Below, piece after piece: positions 27,753-38,136 of a DNA stretch of 64,000 nucleotides. Numbering within the stretch: the stretch's first letter is position 1; each line of letters begins with the position of its first letter. The DNA lies in NCBI GenBank assembly GCA_017461765.1, contig JAFTXO010000027.1:9659-73658 (forward strand). Reading direction: 5' to 3'. The translations under genes and the position numbers were made by a program. The notes under the pieces are model-generated. The model searched no databases. It was given only the letters and a program-made list of their open reading frames with translations, and had not been told where the DNA came from. This stretch comes from Clostridia bacterium (GTDB taxonomy: Bacteria > Bacillota > Clostridia > Oscillospirales > CAG-272).

Positions 27753-27828
27753 ATTTGTGAAAAATTATATCATAAATCTGTAAATTAGTCTGTAATGAAA
27801 GCATTTGTAACTACAAATGCAGTGCTTG

Positions 27829-27870
27829 TAAAGAAAAGAAGACAGAGAACGCAAAACACTCTCTGTCTTC
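27829..27870 (-). terminator. Terminator of the ABC / small membrane protein operon
   Basis: GAAGACAGAGA (27838-27848) pairs with TCTCTGTCTTC (27860-27870). The minus-strand T-run is TTTTCTTT. Confidence 0.75.
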
Positions 27871-27949
27871 TTCCTGTCGGTAGGTAACAAATTCTATTAG
27901 ATTTCAAAACTGTCCTTTAGAGTACGTCTCTATTGAAGCTACGTTTTTG

Positions 27950-28525
27950 TTATACATATTCAATATTCATAGAAATAAGAGAGATATAGCGTAGCCGCTT
28001 CATCTTTAATGATCTGCTGCCGAATACACCGATATCAACAGCTTCCCAAAGAAAGACCCAAGCCATAATATCTATCACTTCGGACCAAATAGCGCTGCCT
28101 GTTCGGTATTCAAAGATCACACGAAAAGCAAGAACGAAAATTCCAAGAAGCGTCAAGGTAAGCACGATAAGAGCATTTCTTTTAAGCTCGCGCTCGTTTG
28201 CTATGTATTTTTGAGTGAAAAATTCCTTTGTCGCTTTTCTGTAAAGCGTTTGCTCCTGTTCATCTATACAGTCACTGTGAATACGCAAGGTCAATAGCTC
28301 TCCCGGTACGACCGAGCTTGCACTGCTTTCAATAAAATCCGCAACATCATTTGCAATAACGGGAGTGTCATTTTCCGAAAATACCGAAAGAAAATTGGCA
28401 TCGTCCTTTACGGTCATGTTTATAATGACACGACCTTCGCTGTCACGCTCCTTAATAGCTTCGTTTGCACGACGGTCAGCTTCCTTTTTTGCTTCACGTA
28501 AAGTATTTTTAGCCTTTTTATTCAT
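27950..28525 (-). CDS. Small membrane protein of unknown function
   Basis: 191 aa. Charged N-terminal half with two to three C-terminal TM helices. There is a 3-nt gap after the ABC gene. Confidence 0.6.
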   Translation of the reverse strand: MNKKAKNTLREAKKEADRRANEAIKERDSEGRVIINMTVKDDANFLSVFSENDTPVIANDVADFIESSASSVVPGELLTLRIHSDCIDEQEQTLYRKATKEFFTQKYIANERELKRNALIVLTLTLLGIFVLAFRVIFEYRTGSAIWSEVIDIMAWVFLWEAVDIGVFGSRSLKMKRLRYISLISMNIEYV

Positions 28526-28528
28526 TGC

Positions 28529-31198
28529 TTACTCCGTACGAAGAGCTATAACAGGATCCTTCTTGGCAGCAATTCTTGAAGGAACAAGCCCCGCAATAAG
28601 CGTAAGTCCCATGCTGATAAGAATGAGAATTACAGCGGCAAGGAACGGCAGTGAAGCACTGAGTGTAACAATGCCTGTAAGAGATCTTATGATCGCGGTA
28701 ATTATAACATTTAAAATAAGAGTTATAATTATACCGATAGCGCCCGCAACAAAGCCGACGATGAGAGTTTCAGCATTGAATACTCTCGAAACGTCCTTCT
28801 TTGAAGCACCGATAGAACGCAATATGCCGATTTCCTTCGTTCTTTCAAGAACGGAAATGTAGGTTATAATACCGATCATTATTGAGGAAACGATAAGAGA
28901 AATAGCAACGAATGCAATAAGAACATACGATATAGCGTTGATTATCGTCTGGACGGAGCTCATAAGAGTAGCCGCCATATCGGAGTAGTTTATAACATCA
29001 GTCTCTCTGCCTTCGTCGGTAGCCTTTTTATTGTAATCAGCAATTATCGAGGCTATTTCATCCTTTGCTTCAAAGTCATTCGGATAGATAAGGATAGCCG
29101 AGGGCTTGTCAAAATCAACATAACCGAGCTTGTCAAGATTAGCCTCGTAAGTTGTAGAGAAGTTTTTGTTTACGAAATTAACAAGGGATTCGGGATCTGC
29201 TGTGGTTATCATGCCGTGATATCCTTCAAATGAGGGATTTGCCAAAAGCATCTCGCGAAGCATAGGAGCGTCCTCTACAGTGTAAAGCTTAAAGGGGAAG
29301 CCTGTGAAAAGATCGGTCTTCTTGTTAGCGAGCTGAGCCTTTACAACATCACTTGAGTTTATTTCGTCGTTTATAATGGCAGTAATAAGCTCATTTGTGT
29401 AGCCTATAACGCCCGTTGTATTAGCGGAAGAGCCTTCCTTCGGAGAATATATACCAACGATCTCAAGCTCTCTTGCATCCTTGAGCTGCTCATTTATATA
29501 AGCAATATCCTCAGAGCGGTCAACGATAGCCTCGTGCAAGATGTTTCCGTTTGCATCCGTTATTGAAACGTATTCATAGTAATCGGAATTCGGAAGCACC
29601 TTGAATTTGTATCCGCAGATATCCTCAAAGGTGTAGGATGATTGAGGTATCTTTCCTTCGTATGTAGTTCCGTTAGCCAAAGCCATTTGAACATTTTGCA
29701 AATATTCGATGACCTCGGTAATGTCCTTTATACCAAGCTCGTAGAGAACGTAGTCTGGGATCTGATTGTTTTGGTCAACGAAAAGAATTACCTGATTTTC
29801 GTTTTCGGGCAAATGTCCGTAAACGCAATCGTATTGGGAATTGATATATTCGTCACTGCCTATTATTTCAGTCCAAGGAGCGCCGATAGTGTTAAACGAT
29901 TCAAATCCGCTCATACCCAAAACAGTAAGAATATCTCCGATACCCTCAAGGGTCTTGTTGGTCGACACAGAAGTTCCGTCTTTGTTTACGTAATAAGCGT
30001 TGAGCTTTGTTGAGTAATTATATTTTACATCAATAGAAAGCTCAGGGATTTTGCTTGTTTCGATATATTTTTTGAATGCCGAAAGATTGTTTGTCGTAGT
30101 ACCCGAGGTAAAGCTCTCGAGCACATTTATCATAGCATCATTTGTGTAGATCTTATTGGGATCTTGATTTTCAACGTCTCCGCTGCCGCCCATAAAAGAG
30201 CCCAAAAGCGTAGTCGTGTCGGTCGTGGTTTCACTTATTCTCAGAGGATAAGACGCCATCGTGCTTTCCTCAATGCTCTGAATATATGAATTTACACCGT
30301 TCGACACGGAAAGAATGAGCGCAATACCTATAATACCAATACTGCCCGCAAAGGCTGTTAAGAATGTACGTCCCTTTTTCGTCATAAGGTTCGTAAGAGA
30401 GAGCTTAAGAGCGGTGAAGAAGGACATGGATTTTTTCTTCTTTTTCTTCGGTCTTGAAGACTCGGTACTTTCAATTATTGAGGTATCAAATTTCAATACC
30501 TCCTCAGTCGTGCTTTCTGCCGAATAAGGATTAGTATCGCTAACGACCTCGCCGTCAAGAAGTCTTATTATTCTGCTTGAGTATTCCTCAGCAAGATCAG
30601 GGTTGTGAGTAACCATTATAATGAGCTTTTCCTTGGATATCTCTTTAAGAATGTCCATTATCTGAACGCTCGTTTCAGAGTCAAGAGCACCTGTCGGCTC
30701 ATCAGCCAAAAGAATATCGGGATCGTTTACGAGCGCACGCGCGATAGCAACTCTCTGCATCTGACCGCCCGACATCTGATTAGGCTTTTTATGTATCTGA
30801 TCTCCAAGTCCCACCTTTTCAAGCACCGCAATAGCGCGAGCTTTTCTTTCGTCCGCTGAGACTCCTGAGAGGGTAAGAGCAAGCTCTACATTGGCAAGAA
30901 CGGTTTGGTGAGGGATAAGATTGTAGCTTTGAAAAACGAAGCCAATAGAGTGATTTCTGTATGTATCCCAGTCAGCATCTCTAAAGTCCTTGGTGCTTTT
31001 ACCGTTTATGATAAGATCGCCGCTTGTGTATTTGTCAAGACCGCCGATTATGTTAAGAAGAGTCGTCTTTCCGCAACCGGATTGACCTAAAATAGAAACG
31101 AATTCATTTTTTCGGAAGTCAAGGCTTACGCCCTTGAGCGCATGAACGGTATTGTCACCTGAAAGATAATCTTTTTTAATATCTTTTAATTGTAACAT
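28529..31198 (-). CDS. MacB/FtsX-type ABC transporter, fused ATP-binding and permease protein with very large extracytoplasmic domain
   Basis: 889 aa. Walker A GQSGCGKTT, signature MSGGQMQR and Walker B ILLADEPT are present. A K-rich linker and TM1 are followed by a roughly 460-aa external domain and a C-terminal FtsX-type 3-TM block. Confidence 0.88.
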   Translation of the reverse strand: MLQLKDIKKDYLSGDNTVHALKGVSLDFRKNEFVSILGQSGCGKTTLLNIIGGLDKYTSGDLIINGKSTKDFRDADWDTYRNHSIGFVFQSYNLIPHQTVLANVELALTLSGVSADERKARAIAVLEKVGLGDQIHKKPNQMSGGQMQRVAIARALVNDPDILLADEPTGALDSETSVQIMDILKEISKEKLIIMVTHNPDLAEEYSSRIIRLLDGEVVSDTNPYSAESTTEEVLKFDTSIIESTESSRPKKKKKKSMSFFTALKLSLTNLMTKKGRTFLTAFAGSIGIIGIALILSVSNGVNSYIQSIEESTMASYPLRISETTTDTTTLLGSFMGGSGDVENQDPNKIYTNDAMINVLESFTSGTTTNNLSAFKKYIETSKIPELSIDVKYNYSTKLNAYYVNKDGTSVSTNKTLEGIGDILTVLGMSGFESFNTIGAPWTEIIGSDEYINSQYDCVYGHLPENENQVILFVDQNNQIPDYVLYELGIKDITEVIEYLQNVQMALANGTTYEGKIPQSSYTFEDICGYKFKVLPNSDYYEYVSITDANGNILHEAIVDRSEDIAYINEQLKDARELEIVGIYSPKEGSSANTTGVIGYTNELITAIINDEINSSDVVKAQLANKKTDLFTGFPFKLYTVEDAPMLREMLLANPSFEGYHGMITTADPESLVNFVNKNFSTTYEANLDKLGYVDFDKPSAILIYPNDFEAKDEIASIIADYNKKATDEGRETDVINYSDMAATLMSSVQTIINAISYVLIAFVAISLIVSSIMIGIITYISVLERTKEIGILRSIGASKKDVSRVFNAETLIVGFVAGAIGIIITLILNVIITAIIRSLTGIVTLSASLPFLAAVILILISMGLTLIAGLVPSRIAAKKDPVIALRTE

Positions 31199-31308
31199 TT
31201 GTTTCCCTTCTTTTCAAATTTAAATAAAATATAAAAATATTATAATAATAACTTTTTGAAAAGTCAATATTATTTCTTATAAATTCATATAATATTTAAA
31301 TTTCCGTT

Positions 31309-32556
31309 TTACCGCCACAAAACAAAGAGGAAAATTATGTTTAATATAGCCATAAGCGCGATCACAAGATCGGATATCTGCCACACTGCTCCCATTGGAA
31401 TAAAAGCGCAGAGCGCGCACACCGAAACAAAGATCACAGACAAAAGAATATTTGCCCATCTTCGCTTCGTTATGAAATCAAGAGATCTTTTCGCGTAGTA
31501 ATACTGACAAATTACTGTCGCGAAGGCAAATAAAAGACAGGAAATTATAATAAAATATCTTCCGAAGTCACCTAAAAAGCTTTCAAAGGATGAGGATACA
31601 GCTTCCATAGCGTCAGTAGAGGATGTTCCGCTAAGCAGAATAACCAAAGCTGTCAGAGTACATAAAACAGTAGTATCTATAAAAACCTCTAAAATGCCAA
31701 AACACCCTTGGGAGTGTGCGTCATTTTCACTTTCTGCGTGCGCGCAGGGTGATGTTCCGCAGCCCGCTTCGTTTGATAAAAGTCCTCTTGAAATACCGTA
31801 TCTCATAGCTGAAGCTATACCGTATCCGCAAAAGCCGCTCACAGCACTTCTAAAAGAGAAGGCTTCTTCAAATATCATCTCAAAAACCCCGCCCAAGTGT
31901 CGATAATTTGATATTATTATATATAATGAAATGAATATATATGAAAAAGTAAGAATAGGGATCATCACCGTACAGGTGCTTCGTATCCTCTTTCCACCGC
32001 CTATCACGATTATAAGAACACAGAGTGCAAAAATAAAGCAAAAAATGCTTTTTTGCATAGGGAGTGACGATGAAACCGCATTTATCTGAACTAAATTTCC
32101 CGTGCTGAGTGAATTTAAAATACATAGGAAGGCAAAAATCATAGCAAAAATTTTTCCGTTCACTCCGTATTTTTCCGAAAGACCGTCGTTTATGTAGTAT
32201 GGAGCGCCGCCTATATATCCACGCTCACTCACGCGTCTGTATTTTATAGCAAGAAAAACCTCGGCGTATTTAAGACTCATCGCGATAAAAGCACTCATTA
32301 TCATCCAGAATACCGCACCCGCACCGCCCGAAATTATCGCGCTTGCTACACCGACGATATTTCCGACACCAAGTGTACCCGATAATGCAACGCAAAGAGA
32401 AGCTGCGCCGCCCTTACCCGAAAAGACCTGCTTTACAGTCTTTATCGGATGCAGAATGAAAAAGCCCTTCAATTTAATAATAAAGTATATTCCGAAAATT
32501 AAAAGAGTTATCGGCAAAATAGCTCCGCAAAGCACCGAATTTATTTTTTCAAGCAT
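31309..32556 (-). CDS. Alanine/glycine:cation symporter (AGCS) family transporter
   Basis: The multi-TM sequence with GTLGVGNIVGVASAI is typical of AGCS. Start moved to M41 of the track ORF (MLEKINS...) because GGTGGTGA precedes it. Confidence 0.8.
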   Translation of the reverse strand: MLEKINSVLCGAILPITLLIFGIYFIIKLKGFFILHPIKTVKQVFSGKGGAASLCVALSGTLGVGNIVGVASAIISGGAGAVFWMIMSAFIAMSLKYAEVFLAIKYRRVSERGYIGGAPYYINDGLSEKYGVNGKIFAMIFAFLCILNSLSTGNLVQINAVSSSLPMQKSIFCFIFALCVLIIVIGGGKRIRSTCTVMIPILTFSYIFISLYIIISNYRHLGGVFEMIFEEAFSFRSAVSGFCGYGIASAMRYGISRGLLSNEAGCGTSPCAHAESENDAHSQGCFGILEVFIDTTVLCTLTALVILLSGTSSTDAMEAVSSSFESFLGDFGRYFIIISCLLFAFATVICQYYYAKRSLDFITKRRWANILLSVIFVSVCALCAFIPMGAVWQISDLVIALMAILNIIFLFVLWR

Positions 32557-32648
32557 AAAATCACCACCAAATAAAATATATTCAAGAATGGATGTGATAT
32601 CACCGAAAAACCAAATGTTAATTATTTGTGAACAATAGCCCTGACCCC

Positions 32649-32677
32649 TTGATTTTACGGAGCGTACAATATACAAT
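32649..32677 (+). promoter_or_regulatory. groES promoter
   Basis: TTGATT (32649-32654), 17-nt spacer, TACAAT (32672-32677). Confidence 0.6.
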
Positions 32678-32682
32678 AGTAA

Positions 32683-34672
<1,990 letters not shown>

Positions 34673-34688
34673 TAGATAGGAGATAAAA

Positions 34689-35024
34689 ATGGACGAAAAA
34701 AACATGGAGCAAGAAGAAATAGATCTTCTTGATATCCTGCTCGACGAGGAAAATGAAGAACCGATAGTTCTTTTTGATGAGCAAGATAACCCCACGACCT
34801 TTGAGCAAGCAGCTATAATTCCCCTTGAAGAAAAGCTTTATTGTATCTTAGTGCCCGTTGATAAGATCGATGGTGTCGGAGAAAATGAGGGTGTTGTATT
34901 TGAGATCATCACCTCTGATACCGAGCCAACGACTCTTAACGTAGAGACGAGCGATGAGATTATCGATAAGGTGTTTGAAAAATACGAACAGCTCTTTGAT
35001 GAAGAGTACAGGCTAAAATCATAA
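34689..35024 (+). CDS. DUF1292 domain-containing protein
   Basis: 111 aa, acidic, with a pattern like ...IVLFDEQDNPTTFEQAAIIPLEEKLYCILVPV.... RBS AGGAGA lies 16 nt after the groEL stop, with no intervening terminator. Confidence 0.75.
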   Translation: MDEKNMEQEEIDLLDILLDEENEEPIVLFDEQDNPTTFEQAAIIPLEEKLYCILVPVDKIDGVGENEGVVFEIITSDTEPTTLNVETSDEIIDKVFEKYEQLFDEEYRLKS

Positions 35025-35050
35025 AAGCTCGACTTTCGTCGAGCTTTTAT
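35023..35050 (+). terminator. Terminator after groES-groEL-DUF1292
   Basis: AGCTCGAC-TTTC-GTCGAGCT followed by TTTT. Confidence 0.8.
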
Positions 35051-35131
35051 GATTTTAAATCAATTGGAATGTAACTTGAAAATTATTTTCAAGTGTGGTA
35101 AAATATATAAAAATGCTCTTTCGGAGGATTT

Positions 35132-35737
35132 ATGATAAAAACATTTTCTTCGGGACTTCTTGACTCAAACACGTACGTCGTGTGGAATGAAGCTCTTCAT
35201 GCAATGATAATAGATTGCGGAAACGATATTTGTAAAATATCTGAATTTATAGAAAAAACGGGACTCTGTGTCGATTATATAGTCTTAACACACGCTCATT
35301 ACGATCATATTGCATATATTGATGAGTATGTAGAAGCATACCCGAAAGCCAAGCTAATATGCCACAGGGAAGAGCTTTGTGTGGTAAATGACAGTGAAGC
35401 AAATCTCTCCGCATTTTTCGGCAAGGCAAGGAGCTACGATCATGAATATGAAACCGTTGATGACGGCGATATAATAACGCTTGAAGATGAAAACGGCGAG
35501 GAAAGTGTCGATTTTCGTGTTATTCACGCTCCGGGACACACACCGGGATGTATCTGTTTTTTTAATGAAAAGGATAGAATAATGTTCACAGGTGATGTCC
35601 TTTTTGCAGAAGGCTACGGCAGAACGGATCTTAAATACGCAGATCCCGAAAAAATGCGTTCAACGCTCTATAAGCTTCTTCCACGTGTCAAAGGAGTGAA
35701 AATTTACCCCGGACACGGAGACACCGCAATATTTTGA
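35132..35737 (+). CDS. MBL-fold metallo-hydrolase (glyoxalase II-like)
   Basis: 201 aa with an intact THAHYDH motif and later HAPGHTPG and D/H ligands. Confidence 0.85.
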   Translation: MIKTFSSGLLDSNTYVVWNEALHAMIIDCGNDICKISEFIEKTGLCVDYIVLTHAHYDHIAYIDEYVEAYPKAKLICHREELCVVNDSEANLSAFFGKARSYDHEYETVDDGDIITLEDENGEESVDFRVIHAPGHTPGCICFFNEKDRIMFTGDVLFAEGYGRTDLKYADPEKMRSTLYKLLPRVKGVKIYPGHGDTAIF

Positions 35738-35855
35738 TATTGAAGGCTTAGATAAAAGGCTCAGTTTTGTCTTGAGACTGAGCCTAAATAAAAAATAAGA
35801 TAAGACGTATACGAAAATATTTTAGTAAAAAAATAAAAATTAAGCAAAATAAGTA

Positions 35856-35884
35856 TTGACAATTAAGGAAAAACATGATATAAT
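35856..35884 (+). promoter_or_regulatory. Consensus sigma-A promoter for tRNA-Gln
   Basis: TTGACA (35856-35861), 17-nt spacer, TG-n-TATAAT (-10 at 35879-35884). Confidence 0.8.
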
Positions 35885-35903
35885 GCTTAAGCATAAATTA
35901 TAT

Positions 35904-35979
35904 TGGGATATAGCCAAGCGGTAAGGCACCAGACTTTGACTCTGGCATCTCGGTGGTTCGAACCCACCTATCCCAGCCA
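35904..35979 (+). tRNA. tRNA-Gln (anticodon UUG), CCA encoded
   Basis: The acceptor stem TGGGATA pairs with TATCCCA. The anticodon stem CCAGA pairs with TCTGG, with loop CTTTGAC (TTG at 35936-35938). T-arm is GGTGGTTCGAACCCACC and the 3' end is GCCA. Confidence 0.93.
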
Positions 35980-35987
35980 ACAAAAAA

Positions 35988-36020
35988 CGCACTTTTGTCT
36001 ACCGACAAAGGTGCGTTTTT
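35988..36020 (+). terminator. Terminator after tRNA-Gln
   Basis: A 12-bp stem, CGCACTTTTGTC-TACC-GACAAAGGTGCG, followed by TTTTT. Confidence 0.85.
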
Positions 36021-36215
36021 AATGATGTTTGCCTTCGGCAAATGATGTTGGCTTCGCCAATGATGACGGCTACGCCTAATAATGCATGGCTACGCCACAT
36101 TTTATGGCAAACATCGCATCATTGCGGCACGAAGTGACGCAACATCATATTTGCAAAACAAATGCATCATATCGCCGTAAGGCGATGCATCATTGAAGAT
36201 ATACAAGGCTTCGCC
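36021..36215. repeat. Compound palindromic element E2 (word AATGATG / CATCAT(T), 4+4 copies with GC mini-hairpin spacers)
   Basis: Left-arm words are at 36021, 36041 and 36059, plus a degenerate copy at 36079. Right-arm words are at 36117, 36143, 36165 and 36188. Spacers are TGCC-TTC-GGCA, GGC-TTC-GCC, GGC-TAC-GCC (x2), CAC-GAA-GTG, CGCC-GTAA-GGCG and GGC-TTC-GCC. Confidence 0.75.
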
Positions 36216-36244
36216 TTGATTTATTGGCGGAAGTGTGGTATATA
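36216..36244 (+). promoter_or_regulatory. Sigma-A promoter directly abutting E2
   Basis: TTGATT (36216-36221), 17-nt spacer, TATATA (36239-36244), preceded by TGG. Confidence 0.5.
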
Positions 36245-36268
36245 AACAAGAGATTGGAGGTGACGGTA

Positions 36269-36802
36269 TTGAAACGCGAAGAAGCCTTTTATTATATGAA
36301 TTTGTTGTTATTGGGCTTTTCTGATGGCTATGATGATTGGTTGAATTATTATTTAGAAACAGAATCTCCATTGAGTGATATTGTATTAGAACTTTCTCTG
36401 TGCGGCTCGGATGTAAACAAAACCGTATCCCTGTTACACAATTACTGTACGGAACAAGAATTTGACAAGTCTGTTTCTCATGACAAATTGCGACTGTTTT
36501 TCAAAGACGCCTATCATTCAAATAGGATGAGCAAAGAAAAAGTACTATCTACTATGTACCGTCTGTCCTTGAATGTTGGTGATCCAGGAGATTTTGATAT
36601 TAAATTATGGGGTAGCATGTACTATCTCGATTATTACTACGGCTTGGCTTTAGATGGCGTAATCCCGATGGAAAATTTTGATTTTGCTTTTTTCTCATAC
36701 CTTGATAATGGAACGCCGCTCGATTCAGATCTTATTTTGAGAAAAAACATTAAAAAGAAACCGTCATTCCTTGATAAAATTAAAAGCTTTTTTAAAAGAT
36801 AA
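36269..36802 (+). CDS. Hypothetical protein (all-alpha looking, immunity-protein-like small cassette gene)
   Basis: 177 aa when started at TTG 36269, 8 nt after GGAGGTGA (the track ORF starts at 36224). No family recognised. Confidence 0.55.
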   Translation: MKREEAFYYMNLLLLGFSDGYDDWLNYYLETESPLSDIVLELSLCGSDVNKTVSLLHNYCTEQEFDKSVSHDKLRLFFKDAYHSNRMSKEKVLSTMYRLSLNVGDPGDFDIKLWGSMYYLDYYYGLALDGVIPMENFDFAFFSYLDNGTPLDSDLILRKNIKKKPSFLDKIKSFFKR

Positions 36803-36874
36803 TCATAACCGGACACCTTTTGTTCGCAATTACCTCAATTTTTGACCTTTTATCACGTTTAAGACAGATAAACG

Positions 36875-36902
36875 AAAAACGAACCACTTCGGTTCGTTTT
36901 TT
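36875..36902 (+). terminator. Terminator after the 36269 gene
   Basis: CGAACC-ACTTC-GGTTCG followed by TTTTTT. Confidence 0.8.
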
Positions 36903-36915
36903 GTTTATCAGTTAT

Positions 36916-37110
36916 ATTCGCCTTATGGCGAGTTCTATTGCTTTGCAGTGATATTACTTCGTAGTGATATTGCCTTCGGCAGTTGAAAGTAACAGGGCGA
37001 ATATAATATCACTGTGAGCGATGCGAACAATATCACTATGCGTAGCATAATATCACTTCAACGCAGTTGAAATATCACTTAATCGATGCTATACTTATTA
37101 TGAGGTGATA
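36916..37110 (+). repeat. Compound palindromic element E3 (word GTGATATT / AATATCAC, 4+4) including promoter and RBS
   Basis: Left-arm words are GTTATATT, GTTCTATT and GTGATATT (x2). There are four right-arm AATATCAC words. The 3' end carries TTGAAA (37067-37072), 17-nt spacer, TATACT (37090-37095) and GAGGTGA (37102-37108). Confidence 0.8.
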
Positions 37111-37113
37111 ACA

Positions 37114-37469
37114 ATGTCAAATAGCATTTTAAGAGATAAATCAAAGGATTTTGCAAAGCAAATTGTCATTCTTTGCAAAAACATAAAAGCCAATTTAAGG
37201 AATCAGTTTTAACTAATCAGCTTTTGCGTTCCGGCACAAGCATTGGTGCTAATATACACGAAGCTCAATACGCACAAGGCAAGAAGGATTTTATATCAAA
37301 GCTTGAAATTGCACAAAAGGAATGCTACGAAACCGAATATTGGCTTGAGCTTTTATTTGAAACAGGCTATATGTCAGAATCGGAATACAAGCCTATTCAA
37401 AATGAATGTGGTGCTATTCGCAGAATGTTAATTTCATCTATAAATACCACTAAAGCCAATTTGGAGTAA
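37114..37469 (+). pseudogene. Four-helix-bundle protein (23S rRNA intervening-sequence protein family), frameshifted
   Basis: The N-terminal part MSNSILRDKSKDFAKQIVILCKNIK is in one frame (stop at 37210-37212). The rest, SQFKESVLTNQLLRSGTSIGANIHEAQ...ETEYWLELL, is in another frame. The junction is the A4 run at 37185-37188. Confidence 0.7.
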
Positions 37470-37519
37470 CAAACTAATATGCTATAATTAAGTCAGAAAT
37501 ATAGTAAAGGAGAACAAAT

Positions 37520-38023
37520 ATGCCTATTTGGTACGAAGTTGAACATTCGAAAACAGGTATTTATAACTTTATGGAATGTAATTGGCATTTTCACGATTTT
37601 GAGATTGAACGCATTAGTTATTTGCCTGATGAAAATTCAGTAGAACTTTTTTTGAAGTATGATGAATTAAAGGGGAGTGTAATTCTTAGATTTATCAATG
37701 TATACTCTATGAATGTAATGTTTAAAGTAGAATATGGAAGCTTAGATAACATTATGGGAAGCGTTTTGCTCTTAACACAAAATGGACAGTTTTTGTGGAT
37801 TGATAATGATTCGTGGGGTGATAAAAGCAAGCACCATATTGAAGAACTCAAAAAAGAGTCTTCGTGGGTACAAGCTGAAAACATCATTTGGGCGGTTACT
37901 GATGAATATGGAAATCCTACCGAAATGCCTGCAAATAAAATTGACCAAGTATGGCAAATTTACGGTAAAATAGAGCATCATCATTTTGATTTGAAACCTT
38001 ATAATGGGAACAATCAGGAATAG
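37520..38023 (+). CDS. Hypothetical protein (small cytoplasmic, immunity-protein-like)
   Basis: 167 aa. RBS AAGGAGAA lies 6 nt upstream. No family recognised. Confidence 0.6.
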   Translation: MPIWYEVEHSKTGIYNFMECNWHFHDFEIERISYLPDENSVELFLKYDELKGSVILRFINVYSMNVMFKVEYGSLDNIMGSVLLLTQNGQFLWIDNDSWGDKSKHHIEELKKESSWVQAENIIWAVTDEYGNPTEMPANKIDQVWQIYGKIEHHHFDLKPYNGNNQE

Positions 38024-38072
38024 TTAGAATTTTATTTAGTTTCGGTTCAATTTTCGCACATCCTGTTCAGAC

Positions 38073-38103
38073 CAGTTGAATTCTCAACTGAGTCTTTTAT
38101 TTT
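38073..38103 (+). terminator. Hairpin terminator after the 37520 gene
   Basis: CAGTTGA-ATTC-TCAACTG followed by AGTCTTTTATTTT. Confidence 0.5.
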
Positions 38104-38136
38104 CGGCTTGGGATTGGATTATGGTTCTCACCATTT

